Shown here in pieces: positions 1 to 8,907 of a DNA stretch of 64,000 bases. The notes below the pieces were generated by a model. The model worked only from the letters and a program-made list of their open reading frames with translations. It was not told the DNA's origin and did not search any database. Made by a program: the position numbers and the translations under genes. The number at the start of each line of letters is the position of its first letter. Within the stretch, counting starts at the first letter, position 1. Source of the DNA: Candidatus Bathyarchaeota archaeon (GTDB taxonomy: Archaea > Thermoproteota > Bathyarchaeia > Bathyarchaeales > Bathycorpusculaceae); assembly GCA_026014665.1 (NCBI GenBank), contig JAOZHX010000025.1, forward strand, positions 23,854-87,853, in the 5' to 3' direction.

Positions 1-469
1 TGCCTGGGCGCGGTTTCTCCACAAAAGCATAGGCATAACTGGCTATGGCATGGTTGGATTTTTTGGCGAAAACTTGGTATTCCTCTTCATCACAGACTAG
101 GCCTTCTGATAAGACTTCAAAGATTTCCACTGGGAAGGTTAAACCAAAGTTGAGGGTTTCTTTTGTACAAACTAAGAAATCTCTAAGCCCTTTAGGTGCA
201 TAGATTTGTACTGGTTCTTTGCGGTCCATCAATGCCATCGTCTGCAAAAGTCCAGGCAAACCCAGCACGTGGTCGCCGTGCAAATGTGTAATGAAAACCT
301 TCATTTTTCGGTGGAAACTCACTTTCGCCGCCATCATTTGCCGCTGCACGTTTTCTCCGCAATCAAACATCCATTGATCACGCGGACACTGCACCACAAC
401 GCTGGGTAAACTTCGTTTTAGGGTTGGTACGCTGCCGCTTGTTCCCAAGAACACCACTCGAATACTCAT
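1..469 (-). CDS. rnz: Ribonuclease Z (tRNase Z), 3' part beyond window edge
   Basis: Manual translation from ATG 469: MSIRVVFLGTSGSVPTLKRSLPS...MFDCGE...FITHLHGDHVLGLPG (metallo-beta-lactamase HxHxDH motif); ATGA overlap with the stop of the upstream methyltransferase. Not in the ORF track. Confidence 0.93.
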   Translation of the reverse strand, partial: MSIRVVFLGTSGSVPTLKRSLPSVVVQCPRDQWMFDCGENVQRQMMAAKVSFHRKMKVFITHLHGDHVLGLPGLLQTMALMDRKEPVQIYAPKGLRDFLVCTKETLNFGLTFPVEIFEVLSEGLVCDEEEYQVFAKKSNHAIASYAYAFVEKPRPG

Positions 470-1512
470 GCTGACACCTTTTCGAACACTGCAATCTCTC
501 GCGTTAGCGTCCTATGGACGTAGGCAAAGTGAGATTCCATATGCCTGAAGCCCAACTGCTCGCCAAGCCGCGAGATGTTTAATGTCTTAGGCGCGGCTAT
601 ACAAATCCGTTGCCCCACACCCAACACCCGATGAGACGAAGCCAAAACATCCTTCACAAGCTGCTTAGTCGTGGATTTAAGAGTGCTCGATGAACGCCCA
701 TACGGCGGGTCAGTAACGACCGCGTCAACCTTGAATAGGGGAAGGTTTCGTGCATCTCCCCAAACTAGTCCTTCAGCCCCGATGTTGAAATAGTTCAGGT
801 TACGTTTCGCCCCCAGAACCATTCGTTTCTGAGCGTCTACACCTACCACGCGACACCCTATGAAGATAGCTTCAATAAGTGAGGTGCCCGTGCCGCAGAA
901 CGGATCCAGCACCAACTCCTCGGCCTTCGCACGCGCAAGGTTCACCATGCATCGTGCTAATTTGGACGGCATAGCTGAGGGGTGGAAGAAGGGTTTTTTG
1001 CGGGGGCGCCTTTCGCTGAAGGTTTTGCTGGTTATGTCTGTGAGTTTTAAGCCTAAAATCAGTTTGTTGTTTGTGATTATGCCCAGGATGGTTTTGTCGG
1101 GGTTTTTCAGGTTCACTTTGGTTCCTGGGATGCTGATTAGGATTTGTTTGCCAAGTTTGCCTTCCAGTGTCATGGTGTTTAGGGTTTGTTCAGCGTAAGT
1201 TTTTATGCGGTTGATGCGAACTACGAAGGTCTCGCCGCTTTTAAGCACACTGTTGAAGTCGGTTTTAGAGGCTGCTTGGGCTACGTCATTGTAGTTTGCC
1301 TCTGAAACGAAAAGTTCCTGTGCGCAGACCCTCGTGTAGGCTGAGCGAACTTGAACCGCTCTGGTGGCTTCCAAAGCTGCATCCAGCCGTAAAACTTGGT
1401 CGAATTGTTCAGCATTCGCGTAGCTGAAGCCTTCTGCTTCCAGTATTGCCTTAACTTCGGCGGCTGGCAATGTTTCGTTTTCGCCTGAAAGTAAAAAGAA
1501 AAGTGGCGGCAC
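466..1512 (-). CDS. trmG10: tRNA (guanine-10-N2)-methyltransferase, THUMP plus Rossmann MTase (Trm11/TrmG10 family)
   Basis: N-terminal THUMP-like region, DPFCGTGT SAM-binding motif, TDPPYGR amino-MTase motif. Confidence 0.85.
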   Translation of the reverse strand: MPPLFFLLSGENETLPAAEVKAILEAEGFSYANAEQFDQVLRLDAALEATRAVQVRSAYTRVCAQELFVSEANYNDVAQAASKTDFNSVLKSGETFVVRINRIKTYAEQTLNTMTLEGKLGKQILISIPGTKVNLKNPDKTILGIITNNKLILGLKLTDITSKTFSERRPRKKPFFHPSAMPSKLARCMVNLARAKAEELVLDPFCGTGTSLIEAIFIGCRVVGVDAQKRMVLGAKRNLNYFNIGAEGLVWGDARNLPLFKVDAVVTDPPYGRSSSTLKSTTKQLVKDVLASSHRVLGVGQRICIAAPKTLNISRLGEQLGFRHMESHFAYVHRTLTREIAVFEKVSA

Positions 1513-2393
1513 TAAGGTGCGCCTTTGAGGGTTTGGCTTATCAGCGGCGCCAATGAAACTTTGCTTACCGCTCCTGGAACGCTGTCAGTGCCCACAATTT
1601 CTTCAACTCCCGCGTCTAAAATCCGCTTCTCTGCGTCGCCGATGAGCAAGCCGTGCACGCAACCGCAAAAAACATGTTTGGCGCCTTGCTCGCGGAGGAT
1701 TTTTGCTGCGCCTACGATTGTGCCGCCTGTGCTGATTATATCATCGAGTATTATGACGGTTTGGTCTTGTACGTTTAAGCCCTCTGCAGTCTGCACGGTT
1801 TGCCCAGTGTAGCGGTCACGGGTCTTGCTCAGGTGCCCAACGTCGCCGCCTAAAACTTGCTGCGCTTGCTGTGCGATGTACATGGCTCCTTTGTCTGGGG
1901 AGAGCGCGAACGCTCCCTTGTAGCCTTTCTTTACAAAATAATCCGCGATGAGAGGAATGGCGCTGACGGTTTTGGCTGGGAACGGAAATTTGGCAAGTGC
2001 AGCTTCAGAGTGAATGTTAACCGTTAAGAACTCATCCACCCCAGCCGCCTTCAGCATGCGGGCCACGGTTTCAACGCTTATGCCTTCACCTGAAAGGAAC
2101 ATCTTGTCTTGCCGAGCATAAGCTAGGTAGGGTGTTATTGCGGTGACTTTGGTTGCGCCAGCCCGTTTTGCTGCGTCAGCCATGAACGCTAACTGCATGA
2201 GTCTGCCGTCCTGCATGGGTGGGCAGGTTGTTTGCACTATGGCTACTTCTTCGCCTTGCACGTTGCCTTCTAAGCGAACGTAGGATTCGCCGTCTGGGAA
2301 AATTTTTGCTGAGACGGGCACGTTTTGGAAGCCTGTTAGCTCTGAAACTTTCTCGGCTAGCTCTTTGGATGCTGGACCAGAGATAATCTTCAT
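1512..2393 (-). CDS. prs: Ribose-phosphate pyrophosphokinase
   Basis: FPDGESYVR, PYLAYARQD and DDIISTGGT PRPP-binding motifs. Confidence 0.96.
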   Translation of the reverse strand: MKIISGPASKELAEKVSELTGFQNVPVSAKIFPDGESYVRLEGNVQGEEVAIVQTTCPPMQDGRLMQLAFMADAAKRAGATKVTAITPYLAYARQDKMFLSGEGISVETVARMLKAAGVDEFLTVNIHSEAALAKFPFPAKTVSAIPLIADYFVKKGYKGAFALSPDKGAMYIAQQAQQVLGGDVGHLSKTRDRYTGQTVQTAEGLNVQDQTVIILDDIISTGGTIVGAAKILREQGAKHVFCGCVHGLLIGDAEKRILDAGVEEIVGTDSVPGAVSKVSLAPLISQTLKGAP

Positions 2394-2533
2394 TGTGTTT
2401 CCTCTGCCTTGTTAGGAATGCACGTTTAGGTTTTAAGCCTTACCCAACGACAAAAATCGACGATATGTCAGAAGCGTTCAACGAAGAAACCAGATAAAAA
2501 AATGACACATCTAAAATCAAAAATCCATTTTTG

Positions 2534-2648
2534 CGTTTTCCACTTGTTTTGTCCTTTCATGTTATTCCACATGCTTCTGCGGGGTTTTTCCATTTAGGCC
2601 TTCATGTGGTCGTTTGTAGTTGTGGTGGATTAAGATAGCCCATCCTGA
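2534..2648 (-). mobile_element. Degenerate transposase C-terminal remnant (DDE integrase/IS6-like archaeal type)
   Basis: Minus strand reads IHHNYKRPHEGLNGKT(P)AEACGI(T.)KGQNKWKT across two frameshifts, matching the HNxxRPHxxLxGxTPAEA end of DDE transposases. Confidence 0.65.
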
Positions 2649-2709
2649 GACTTTTTGCCATTAAAGCCTTTTTTCATGGCACTTTAATAGACGCTTGCGT
2701 CATGATTTC

Positions 2710-3321
2710 TTATGGAAATCTTAATTGTCTTCCCCATTGGTTTTGCCAGGGAGTAATCGTTCTAGTGGTCTTATACTGTACTTGCCTAACTCCCAGCGCT
2801 AGCTCAGCGAATTCTTTTATGGTTGTGTACCGGAAATCCCATGTTGGCGTACCATACCGCAACCCGCTGCACATGGTGTCGGCGTAGATGTAGAGTTTGT
2901 TTCCTCTGTAGTCGAAAGCGGCTTGGTTGGGTTCGCCGTATTTCGGCTCAGAGAGCACTTTAAACGGCCAGAGCTTGCATGCTTCAGGCTTCATGTTTTG
3001 CAGTCCACAAAAATAGTTGCGTGAGGTGTTGCAAAGAAAAGCGCAGCTGCCGTCGGTTGCGCGTTTTATGTAGAATCGATCTAAGCCTGCCACGGTGGTT
3101 TCAACGCCGAAGGTTTTGGTGATTTTAAGCCACTCAGGAAAGCTTAAGACTACACTGTAGAGTTTACAGCAGTAACCACAGGCTTTGCAACGCCAATCAG
3201 CCACGTTCTGCCACGCAACAAACTGCACGAATCCATCACAACCCAGAAAGAACTCAGAGTAGAAAATTAATTTTTTCCCCAGAAGGCTAAGAGAGATAGT
3301 CTTTTTTGGCGATTTTAGCAA
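2710..3321 (-). CDS. YkgJ/FliB-like cysteine-cluster protein (true start probably ~90 nt downstream of the called start)
   Basis: WRCKACGYCC, CAFL...C...KPEACKLWPF pattern. Confidence 0.8.
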   Translation of the reverse strand: MLKSPKKTISLSLLGKKLIFYSEFFLGCDGFVQFVAWQNVADWRCKACGYCCKLYSVVLSFPEWLKITKTFGVETTVAGLDRFYIKRATDGSCAFLCNTSRNYFCGLQNMKPEACKLWPFKVLSEPKYGEPNQAAFDYRGNKLYIYADTMCSGLRYGTPTWDFRYTTIKEFAELALGVRQVQYKTTRTITPWQNQWGRQLRFP

Positions 3322-3354
3322 TCACAGCATGTTAAAAACAAGGTGTTTTTGCGT

Positions 3355-3837
3355 TCAGGTTTTTCGGTAGAGGTAGATGGTATGCGAGGGATAACCCAAC
3401 TGTGGGTTCTCACAGAAGTTTTCGACCTTCTCGGGGCGCCAACCGATAATTTCATAGTCGTGCGAGACTACACGTGCACCCTTCTTGAGGTCACTTTCAA
3501 GTTTCGGCCTAATTTTTTCATTAGCGCTCGTAGTCAAGTACAGATAAACGACATCAGCAGACGACAAATTAACACTGAACATATCACCGTTAACAATCGT
3601 CACCCGCCCTTCAAGCCCATTCTCATGGATTGCACTCATTGCCTTCTTCGCCAAATCCTCACGCAACTCAATGCCGACACCACGAGCGCCAAAAGTCTTG
3701 GCTGCCATAATCACGGTTCTGCCGTCACCAGAACCCATGTCAAAGAGAACTTCGCCAGCCTTCAAATCAGCCAACTTAAGCATGTATTCTACGACAACAT
3801 TTGGACTGGGAACAAACGGCGCGATAAACACTAACAT
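3355..3837 (-). CDS. Small class I SAM-dependent methyltransferase (protein-lysine MTase-like)
   Basis: FVPSP...MLKLA...DMGSGDGR...GIEL motifs, VVSHDY post-motif. Confidence 0.85.
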   Translation of the reverse strand: MLVFIAPFVPSPNVVVEYMLKLADLKAGEVLFDMGSGDGRTVIMAAKTFGARGVGIELREDLAKKAMSAIHENGLEGRVTIVNGDMFSVNLSSADVVYLYLTTSANEKIRPKLESDLKKGARVVSHDYEIIGWRPEKVENFCENPQLGYPSHTIYLYRKT

Positions 3838-3860
3838 ATCCTCTCCATTAACACAGCTTG

Positions 3861-4187
3861 TTATGATACATAAGCGTCTTTTTTAGGCATCGGTCGACGC
3901 GCTTCCCCGCATTTAACGCAGCTTTGAGCGCACAAATCAAGGTATTTCTCTTCATCAGCAGAGCCTACGGCATTAGCTGCTTTCAAGCAGAGTTCGCTGG
4001 GTTCATTACAGCCTTCCTCTCGACAAAGGTTTGAAATGTATTGGCAGACTTCCTGCACGTCCTTGGGCTCCAAAACCGCCCTGTTCGTACGCACGAGCAA
4101 GCAAAGCTCCCTAGCCATAACGCAGGTCCTGACGTATTTGATGCGTTCAAGAACTTCTTTGCGTAAATTCTTCCTACTTATTTCCAC
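3861..4187 (-). CDS. Cys-rich helical hypothetical protein
   Basis: 108 aa, 9 Cys, co-oriented between lhr and the MTase. Confidence 0.7.
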   Translation of the reverse strand: MEISRKNLRKEVLERIKYVRTCVMARELCLLVRTNRAVLEPKDVQEVCQYISNLCREEGCNEPSELCLKAANAVGSADEEKYLDLCAQSCVKCGEARRPMPKKDAYVS

Positions 4188-4289
4188 GCTCTACTTCTCC
4201 ATTGACACAACAAGCGGATAAGCAAATTAAGCTGCTCTATACTTAAAAAGTTGCTGTTATTTCACATAACTGAATACAACAATTAAATC

Positions 4290-7166
4290 CTACTTGAAAC
4301 GTTTACTCAACGCCTTACGTTCAGCTTCCAAAACCAACTCGTAAAACTTATCGGACAACCCGGACTCCTTCTCCAAAACCCCAGCAGCATCCGCAGCAGA
4401 AACCCGCCGTGCACTCAACGCCACCGCTGCAGTTTTTCCGTACTTTTCAATCAATTCAGCCGTTTGCTTAGCGTGAACCCGCATTTTTTCTTCATCCTTC
4501 GCCAAGTGCTCGCCGTGTTTCTCCAGCAGCGGCAAAGCTTTTTCTTCCTCAACTTTGAGTAAGCCAATGGCTAAAGAGCCGCATCTGGGGCATTTGGGCT
4601 TGTCTGGGAGGTCTTTGATGCGTATCATCTCGACGTAGTCCCAGCAATGGGTACAAACGAAGGTTAGGGTTTCGTTGAGTAACCGTGCCTTGGCGGATTC
4701 AACTAGGACGGCGCGCATCTGCTCGGGCGGAATCAAATCTGTCTTCATGCTGACCCGTTCAATGCCGACTCGAGCCACGGGCGTCGCGTTGCCGCGTGTC
4801 AAAACTACCTGCAGCCTCACGTCGCCGTCTCGCAGGCGACCAAGCACCATGACCAAGCCGTCAGCGTCGAGGTCTTTAGTGAACACTTCCTTAAGTCCTT
4901 CCTCGTAGATGGGCGTGCCCTCGAAGCTTGAAATCAGCTTCTGCAAGCTAACGTTGCTGAAATCAGCCCATTTCTTGAGGGCGCCAAAGCGGCGTGCCAC
5001 TTGGATGACTCGGCGTTTGAACAAGCCTGTCTTCACCGTGGATTGCGTGAGCGTGGCTCGTATGGCTTGCTCATTCATGTCTTTTACCTCTTTTAGGACT
5101 TCAACCAGCCGCTCCGCGTTCATGGCGCCCATGGTCTGCACGAAGATGCGGTAGGGGTCATGCTGCACGACTATGCCGCGTCCCAGTTTGTCAGAGAGCA
5201 CCTGTCCCAGAAACTGAGCCAACGCTCTGTTGATTAGCGAGCCAAAATTCGAGTGCACAATAACAAACTCGCCCCAGTCCTCAACCACGATGCGATGGGG
5301 AGTGGGAACTGGAAAGCCGCTTTGCACCTGCTCCACCGTCTCCGCCAACGCATGCATGATGGTTTCGGCGTCGGATGGGTAGCGTTCAGAAAGCATCTGG
5401 CTGATTTGCTGGGGTGAAGCGCCTCTTTGGGCTTGCTCTTCAACGAAGCCGCGGATTTCAGCGACTTCCTGTGTTACCTCGTAGGGAACTGGGATTTCCT
5501 CGCCTATCCAGCTGGGAATCGAACCGCTCGGGTCCTCCACTGGGCGCACGTAAACCTTGTCTTCGGTCACGTGGATTATTTGCCATGGGCTGCCTCGGAT
5601 GATGAATTTTGTGCCTGGCTTGCCGTACTCCGCCATGAAGGCTTCGTCCAACACGCCTATGGATGAATCCGCGGATTGGTCGATGACCAAGAACTGTTTT
5701 TCTTCTGGAATCATGGATAGGTTGTCAAAGTAGTATTCAAAGAGCGCCTTGGTCCGCTGCGGCTTGAGAACGACTTTGTCTTCGAAGGATGCCCAAGCCA
5801 ACCGTGGAAACCGTTGATGCATGTACCGTATGACTTTTTCTACGTCGTCAAGCGTTAGGTTCTCAAACGGCGCAGCGTTGCGTGCCAAATCCAAGATTTC
5901 CTCAAAAGCTAGGCGTCTGTTCTTGAGCAGCAGCCCCGCAACTTGGTGGGTCAACACGTCGTAGGGTTTATCTGGAATCGAAACCGCTTCAAGTTTTTCA
6001 GTTAAGGCTCTTCTTGCGATAACCAACGCTTCCAACGTGTCGTCGGAGTCCATGCCGATGATTACGCCTTCCGAAACGTGCCCGTACGTGTGTCCTGCCC
6101 TGCCGACGCGTTGGACAAGCCGGGAAACCTGCCTTGGGCTCATGTATTGGATGACAAGGTCGATGTGCCCAACGTCGATGCCGAGTTCTAAGCTGCTGGT
6201 GGCGATTAAGCCTTTGAGTGCGCCGCGTTTGAGTCCTGTTTCCGCCGCTATGCGTGAGGGCTTAGCTAGGGAGCCGTGGTGGATTGAAACTGGGAAGTCT
6301 ACGTCCCAGACTTTGAAGCGTGAAGCTAAAACTTCCGAGATTGAGCGGGTGTTGGTGAAGAGGAGGACGGATTTGCGTTTGCTCATGTAGTCGCGGATAA
6401 TACGCAGTCTCGCCGCAACTTCTGGGTGAGTGTAGATTTTCGAGGCGAAACTTACGTCTTCTTCGGTCGGTTTTGGATAAATGACTTGCAGCTTAATTAT
6501 TTTGGCGACTGGAACCCTGATGATTTCCACCGCACGCTTATCGCCGACTAGGAACTGTGCGACTTTCTCTGGGCTGCCGACCGTCGCGGATAAACCAACC
6601 ATCTGGAAATCCTTGCCGATTAACCCGCGGACACGCTCCAGTGCCAGCGATAGTTGGCTGCCCCGCTTGCTGTCTGCCAACTCATGCACTTCATCGATTA
6701 TGACCCAGCGTAGGCTCTGTAGGTGCTGACGCAAAAGCCAACCTGACAATATAGCCTGCAGGGTTTCAGGCGTCGTTATCAGGATGTCTGGGGGGCTTTG
6801 GGATTGGCGGGTTCGCTCTTTCTGTTCGGTGTCGCCGTGCCTAACCGCCAGCTTAATGTCCAAGTTGTTGCACCACCACTGAAGTCGCTCAAGCAAGTCA
6901 CGGTTAAGCGCCCGAAGCGGCGTTATGTAGAGAACTTTTATGCCTGGGGTTTTGGGCTGCTGAAGGAGCATGCTGAGGATTGGCAGAAAAGCAGCTTCCG
7001 TCTTGCCTGTTGCAGTCGGCGAAATCAACAGGATGTTTTTGCCTTCGATTACCTTGGGAATTGTTTTCTCTTGAGGTTCCGTCGGCTTAGAGAATCCTCT
7101 CTGTTCAACGAGCCTTCGTACTGGCTTGACGAGGAAATTAAAAGCGGAGTCAGAATCTGCCGTCAG
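4290..7166 (-). CDS. lhr: Lhr-family SF2 DEAD/DEAH helicase with C-terminal Zn ribbon; probable CTG start at 7166
   Basis: PTATGKT, DEVHE, LSAT, HHGSL, ATSSLELGID, QRVGRAGH, C-terminal CTHC/CPRC. The frame stays open upstream of the called TTG (7028) and encodes the Q-motif region (AFNFL...GFSKPTEPQ). Confidence 0.93.
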   Translation of the reverse strand: MTADSDSAFNFLVKPVRRLVEQRGFSKPTEPQEKTIPKVIEGKNILLISPTATGKTEAAFLPILSMLLQQPKTPGIKVLYITPLRALNRDLLERLQWWCNNLDIKLAVRHGDTEQKERTRQSQSPPDILITTPETLQAILSGWLLRQHLQSLRWVIIDEVHELADSKRGSQLSLALERVRGLIGKDFQMVGLSATVGSPEKVAQFLVGDKRAVEIIRVPVAKIIKLQVIYPKPTEEDVSFASKIYTHPEVAARLRIIRDYMSKRKSVLLFTNTRSISEVLASRFKVWDVDFPVSIHHGSLAKPSRIAAETGLKRGALKGLIATSSLELGIDVGHIDLVIQYMSPRQVSRLVQRVGRAGHTYGHVSEGVIIGMDSDDTLEALVIARRALTEKLEAVSIPDKPYDVLTHQVAGLLLKNRRLAFEEILDLARNAAPFENLTLDDVEKVIRYMHQRFPRLAWASFEDKVVLKPQRTKALFEYYFDNLSMIPEEKQFLVIDQSADSSIGVLDEAFMAEYGKPGTKFIIRGSPWQIIHVTEDKVYVRPVEDPSGSIPSWIGEEIPVPYEVTQEVAEIRGFVEEQAQRGASPQQISQMLSERYPSDAETIMHALAETVEQVQSGFPVPTPHRIVVEDWGEFVIVHSNFGSLINRALAQFLGQVLSDKLGRGIVVQHDPYRIFVQTMGAMNAERLVEVLKEVKDMNEQAIRATLTQSTVKTGLFKRRVIQVARRFGALKKWADFSNVSLQKLISSFEGTPIYEEGLKEVFTKDLDADGLVMVLGRLRDGDVRLQVVLTRGNATPVARVGIERVSMKTDLIPPEQMRAVLVESAKARLLNETLTFVCTHCWDYVEMIRIKDLPDKPKCPRCGSLAIGLLKVEEEKALPLLEKHGEHLAKDEEKMRVHAKQTAELIEKYGKTAAVALSARRVSAADAAGVLEKESGLSDKFYELVLEAERKALSKRFK

Positions 7167-7325
7167 GAGGAACCAACCTTTAAGATTACAAGATAAGCAA
7201 CGATTGCGGTATAAAAAATGTTAGGCGACAACAATGTAGATTGTAGGAGCTTAGATGGAATTGCGTTGCATATCTTTGACCAGAGTTTTGGGATGATTGG
7301 ATAGTTTTAAATCTTTAATCCCACC

Positions 7326-7598
7326 ATGTATTGTGGGATGAAAATGGAAATGACTGAGCCCCTTGTAGTAAAAGTAGATTCAAAAGGTAGAATCTGCATT
7401 CCAGCCCGAATCCGCGATAAAATCGGGGAAATCGCGGTCATCAAAATCACTCCGCAAGGCATACTTATCATCCCAGGCAAAAAAGAGGACTTCATAGAGG
7501 CATTCAACAAAACGATAACTTCTGAACCAAAACGCAAAGGCAAGCCCAAACTCGCCACACCCAAAGAAATGAAGTCTACGTGGAGAACCGTCAAGTGA
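7326..7598 (+). CDS. AbrB/MazE/SpoVT-family antitoxin (VapB-like)
   Basis: VKVDSKGRICIPARIR swapped-hairpin signature; GTGA overlap with a PIN-like ORF. Confidence 0.8.
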   Translation: MYCGMKMEMTEPLVVKVDSKGRICIPARIRDKIGEIAVIKITPQGILIIPGKKEDFIEAFNKTITSEPKRKGKPKLATPKEMKSTWRTVK

Positions 7599-7711
7599 TA
7601 ATCGGCTTAGATACCAACATACTCTGCTACGCATTAGACAAAGCTTACCCTGAAAACGAAAAAGCCAAAGGCTTACTCACCAATCTGTCGCCAGAAAATC
7701 GCATAGAGTAA
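7595..7711 (+). pseudogene. Truncated PIN-domain (VapC-like) toxin, 38 aa
   Basis: GTG-start VIIGLDTNILCYALDKAYPENEKAKGLL... has the PIN beta1 DTN motif and stops at TAA 7709-7711. Confidence 0.75.
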
Positions 7712-7825
7712 GAAAACTTTTTTTTATAACTTCAACTGAGAAACTTCTTAGCCATCCAATAGTTTTTCCGGCTTTTATGCTCAAGCAAAGTCAATGAGGA
7801 CTCACAGCTTGTTACTTATACTATT

Positions 7826-8473
7826 TCAATTTACGACTTTTTGCCACCAATGCTTTTTCTTAGGAACTTCCGATTTCTTTCTCTTGCCGTACTTCTTGTA
7901 ATACTCATCCACTATAACTTTCACACTTTTCATGGTTTGAGCATGATTAAGATACTCAGCATATTCCGCATTTGAATAAACATCAAGCGGAACAACAAAC
8001 ATATGATCATATCTGTTGCTAATCGTTAATGTTTTCCCTTTTTCATGTAGCTTCTCTATTTCCGCTTCTTCCGCCTTTTCTTTTGCTTCTCTTTCTTTCG
8101 CTTCTCTCGCTCTTTTTTCATATCTTCTTTGCTTATCTGCTTCTACCATTTTGTCGATTGCTTGCGCAATCAATTTGTTCCTTATCTTTTCTTCGAGTTC
8201 TAATGCTTCGATTGTCTTTCGCAAATAAGCAAAATCTGGATGCCCGCCCTCACGTTTGTACTCCGTATAAAATGATGCCTTGATTCTTGGGTCTCCTTGC
8301 ACATCAAAAACTGTGTCCCAATCTACAAAATAAGGAAACTTAGGTTCACTATGTTTTTCGCAAAACCATTTTTCGCACAGGTTGCAATAGTAAACAGGTT
8401 GTTGATAAGAATCCGCATCTTTTATATTACATTCATAACAAATACCCAATTGCGGTTTTTCTTCAGATTCCAA
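7826..8473 (-). CDS. Hypothetical protein with N-terminal AN1-like zinc finger and charged coiled region
   Basis: CYEC...YCNLCEKWFCEKH pattern; AT-rich composition. Confidence 0.7.
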   Translation of the reverse strand: MESEEKPQLGICYECNIKDADSYQQPVYYCNLCEKWFCEKHSEPKFPYFVDWDTVFDVQGDPRIKASFYTEYKREGGHPDFAYLRKTIEALELEEKIRNKLIAQAIDKMVEADKQRRYEKRAREAKEREAKEKAEEAEIEKLHEKGKTLTISNRYDHMFVVPLDVYSNAEYAEYLNHAQTMKSVKVIVDEYYKKYGKRKKSEVPKKKHWWQKVVN

Positions 8474-8740
8474 GCCAATCCCTTACTCAAGAATGGCAGA
8501 TATTAGGAATTTAATTTTTGCTATTCAGCATGTTCACCAAACAAGCCTTTAAAACGGTCTTAGTGATTTCTCGGGTTAAGTTAGCTGTGTTCGGAATGGG
8601 TGGGGCTTTTTTTGGTTGGGGGAGGTTCAGTTGCCGTTTGGGCGTTGGGCTGGTTGTTGTTTGTTTTGGGTATGCATTGTTTGCTGTGGAGATGTTGATT
8701 TTTGGATGTTATTCCTTGGAATGATGATTCCGTTTGTTTG

Positions 8741-8757
8741 TTTAAATAGGGGGAGGG
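8741..8757 (-). promoter_or_regulatory. Recurrent CCCTCCCCCT-(A/T)-TTAAA motif, copy 1
   Basis: Plus strand TTTAAATAGGGGGAGGG; near-identical motifs at 11772-11790 and 39161-39178. Confidence 0.4.
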
Positions 8758-8907
8758 AGAGGTCGTGGCAGAGCAAAAGGTTTTGGCGGAGGGTGTGCGC
8801 ATACGTTTCCATATACGGCTTAATAAAAGGGGGCTATAGATTTTTCCAACCATCAATTTCTCCAACAAGCAGCATTAAACTATTAAGATGGAGCACAGAA
8901 TTCATGC

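Noticed and set aside
8580-8700. Possible fourth, very diverged copy of the 250-bp element (rc CAGCCCAACGCCCAAACGGCAAC...)
   Set aside because: Similarity is confined to low-complexity AC-rich sequence, and the diagnostic hairpin and terminal CACATAA are absent; it needs a profile search.
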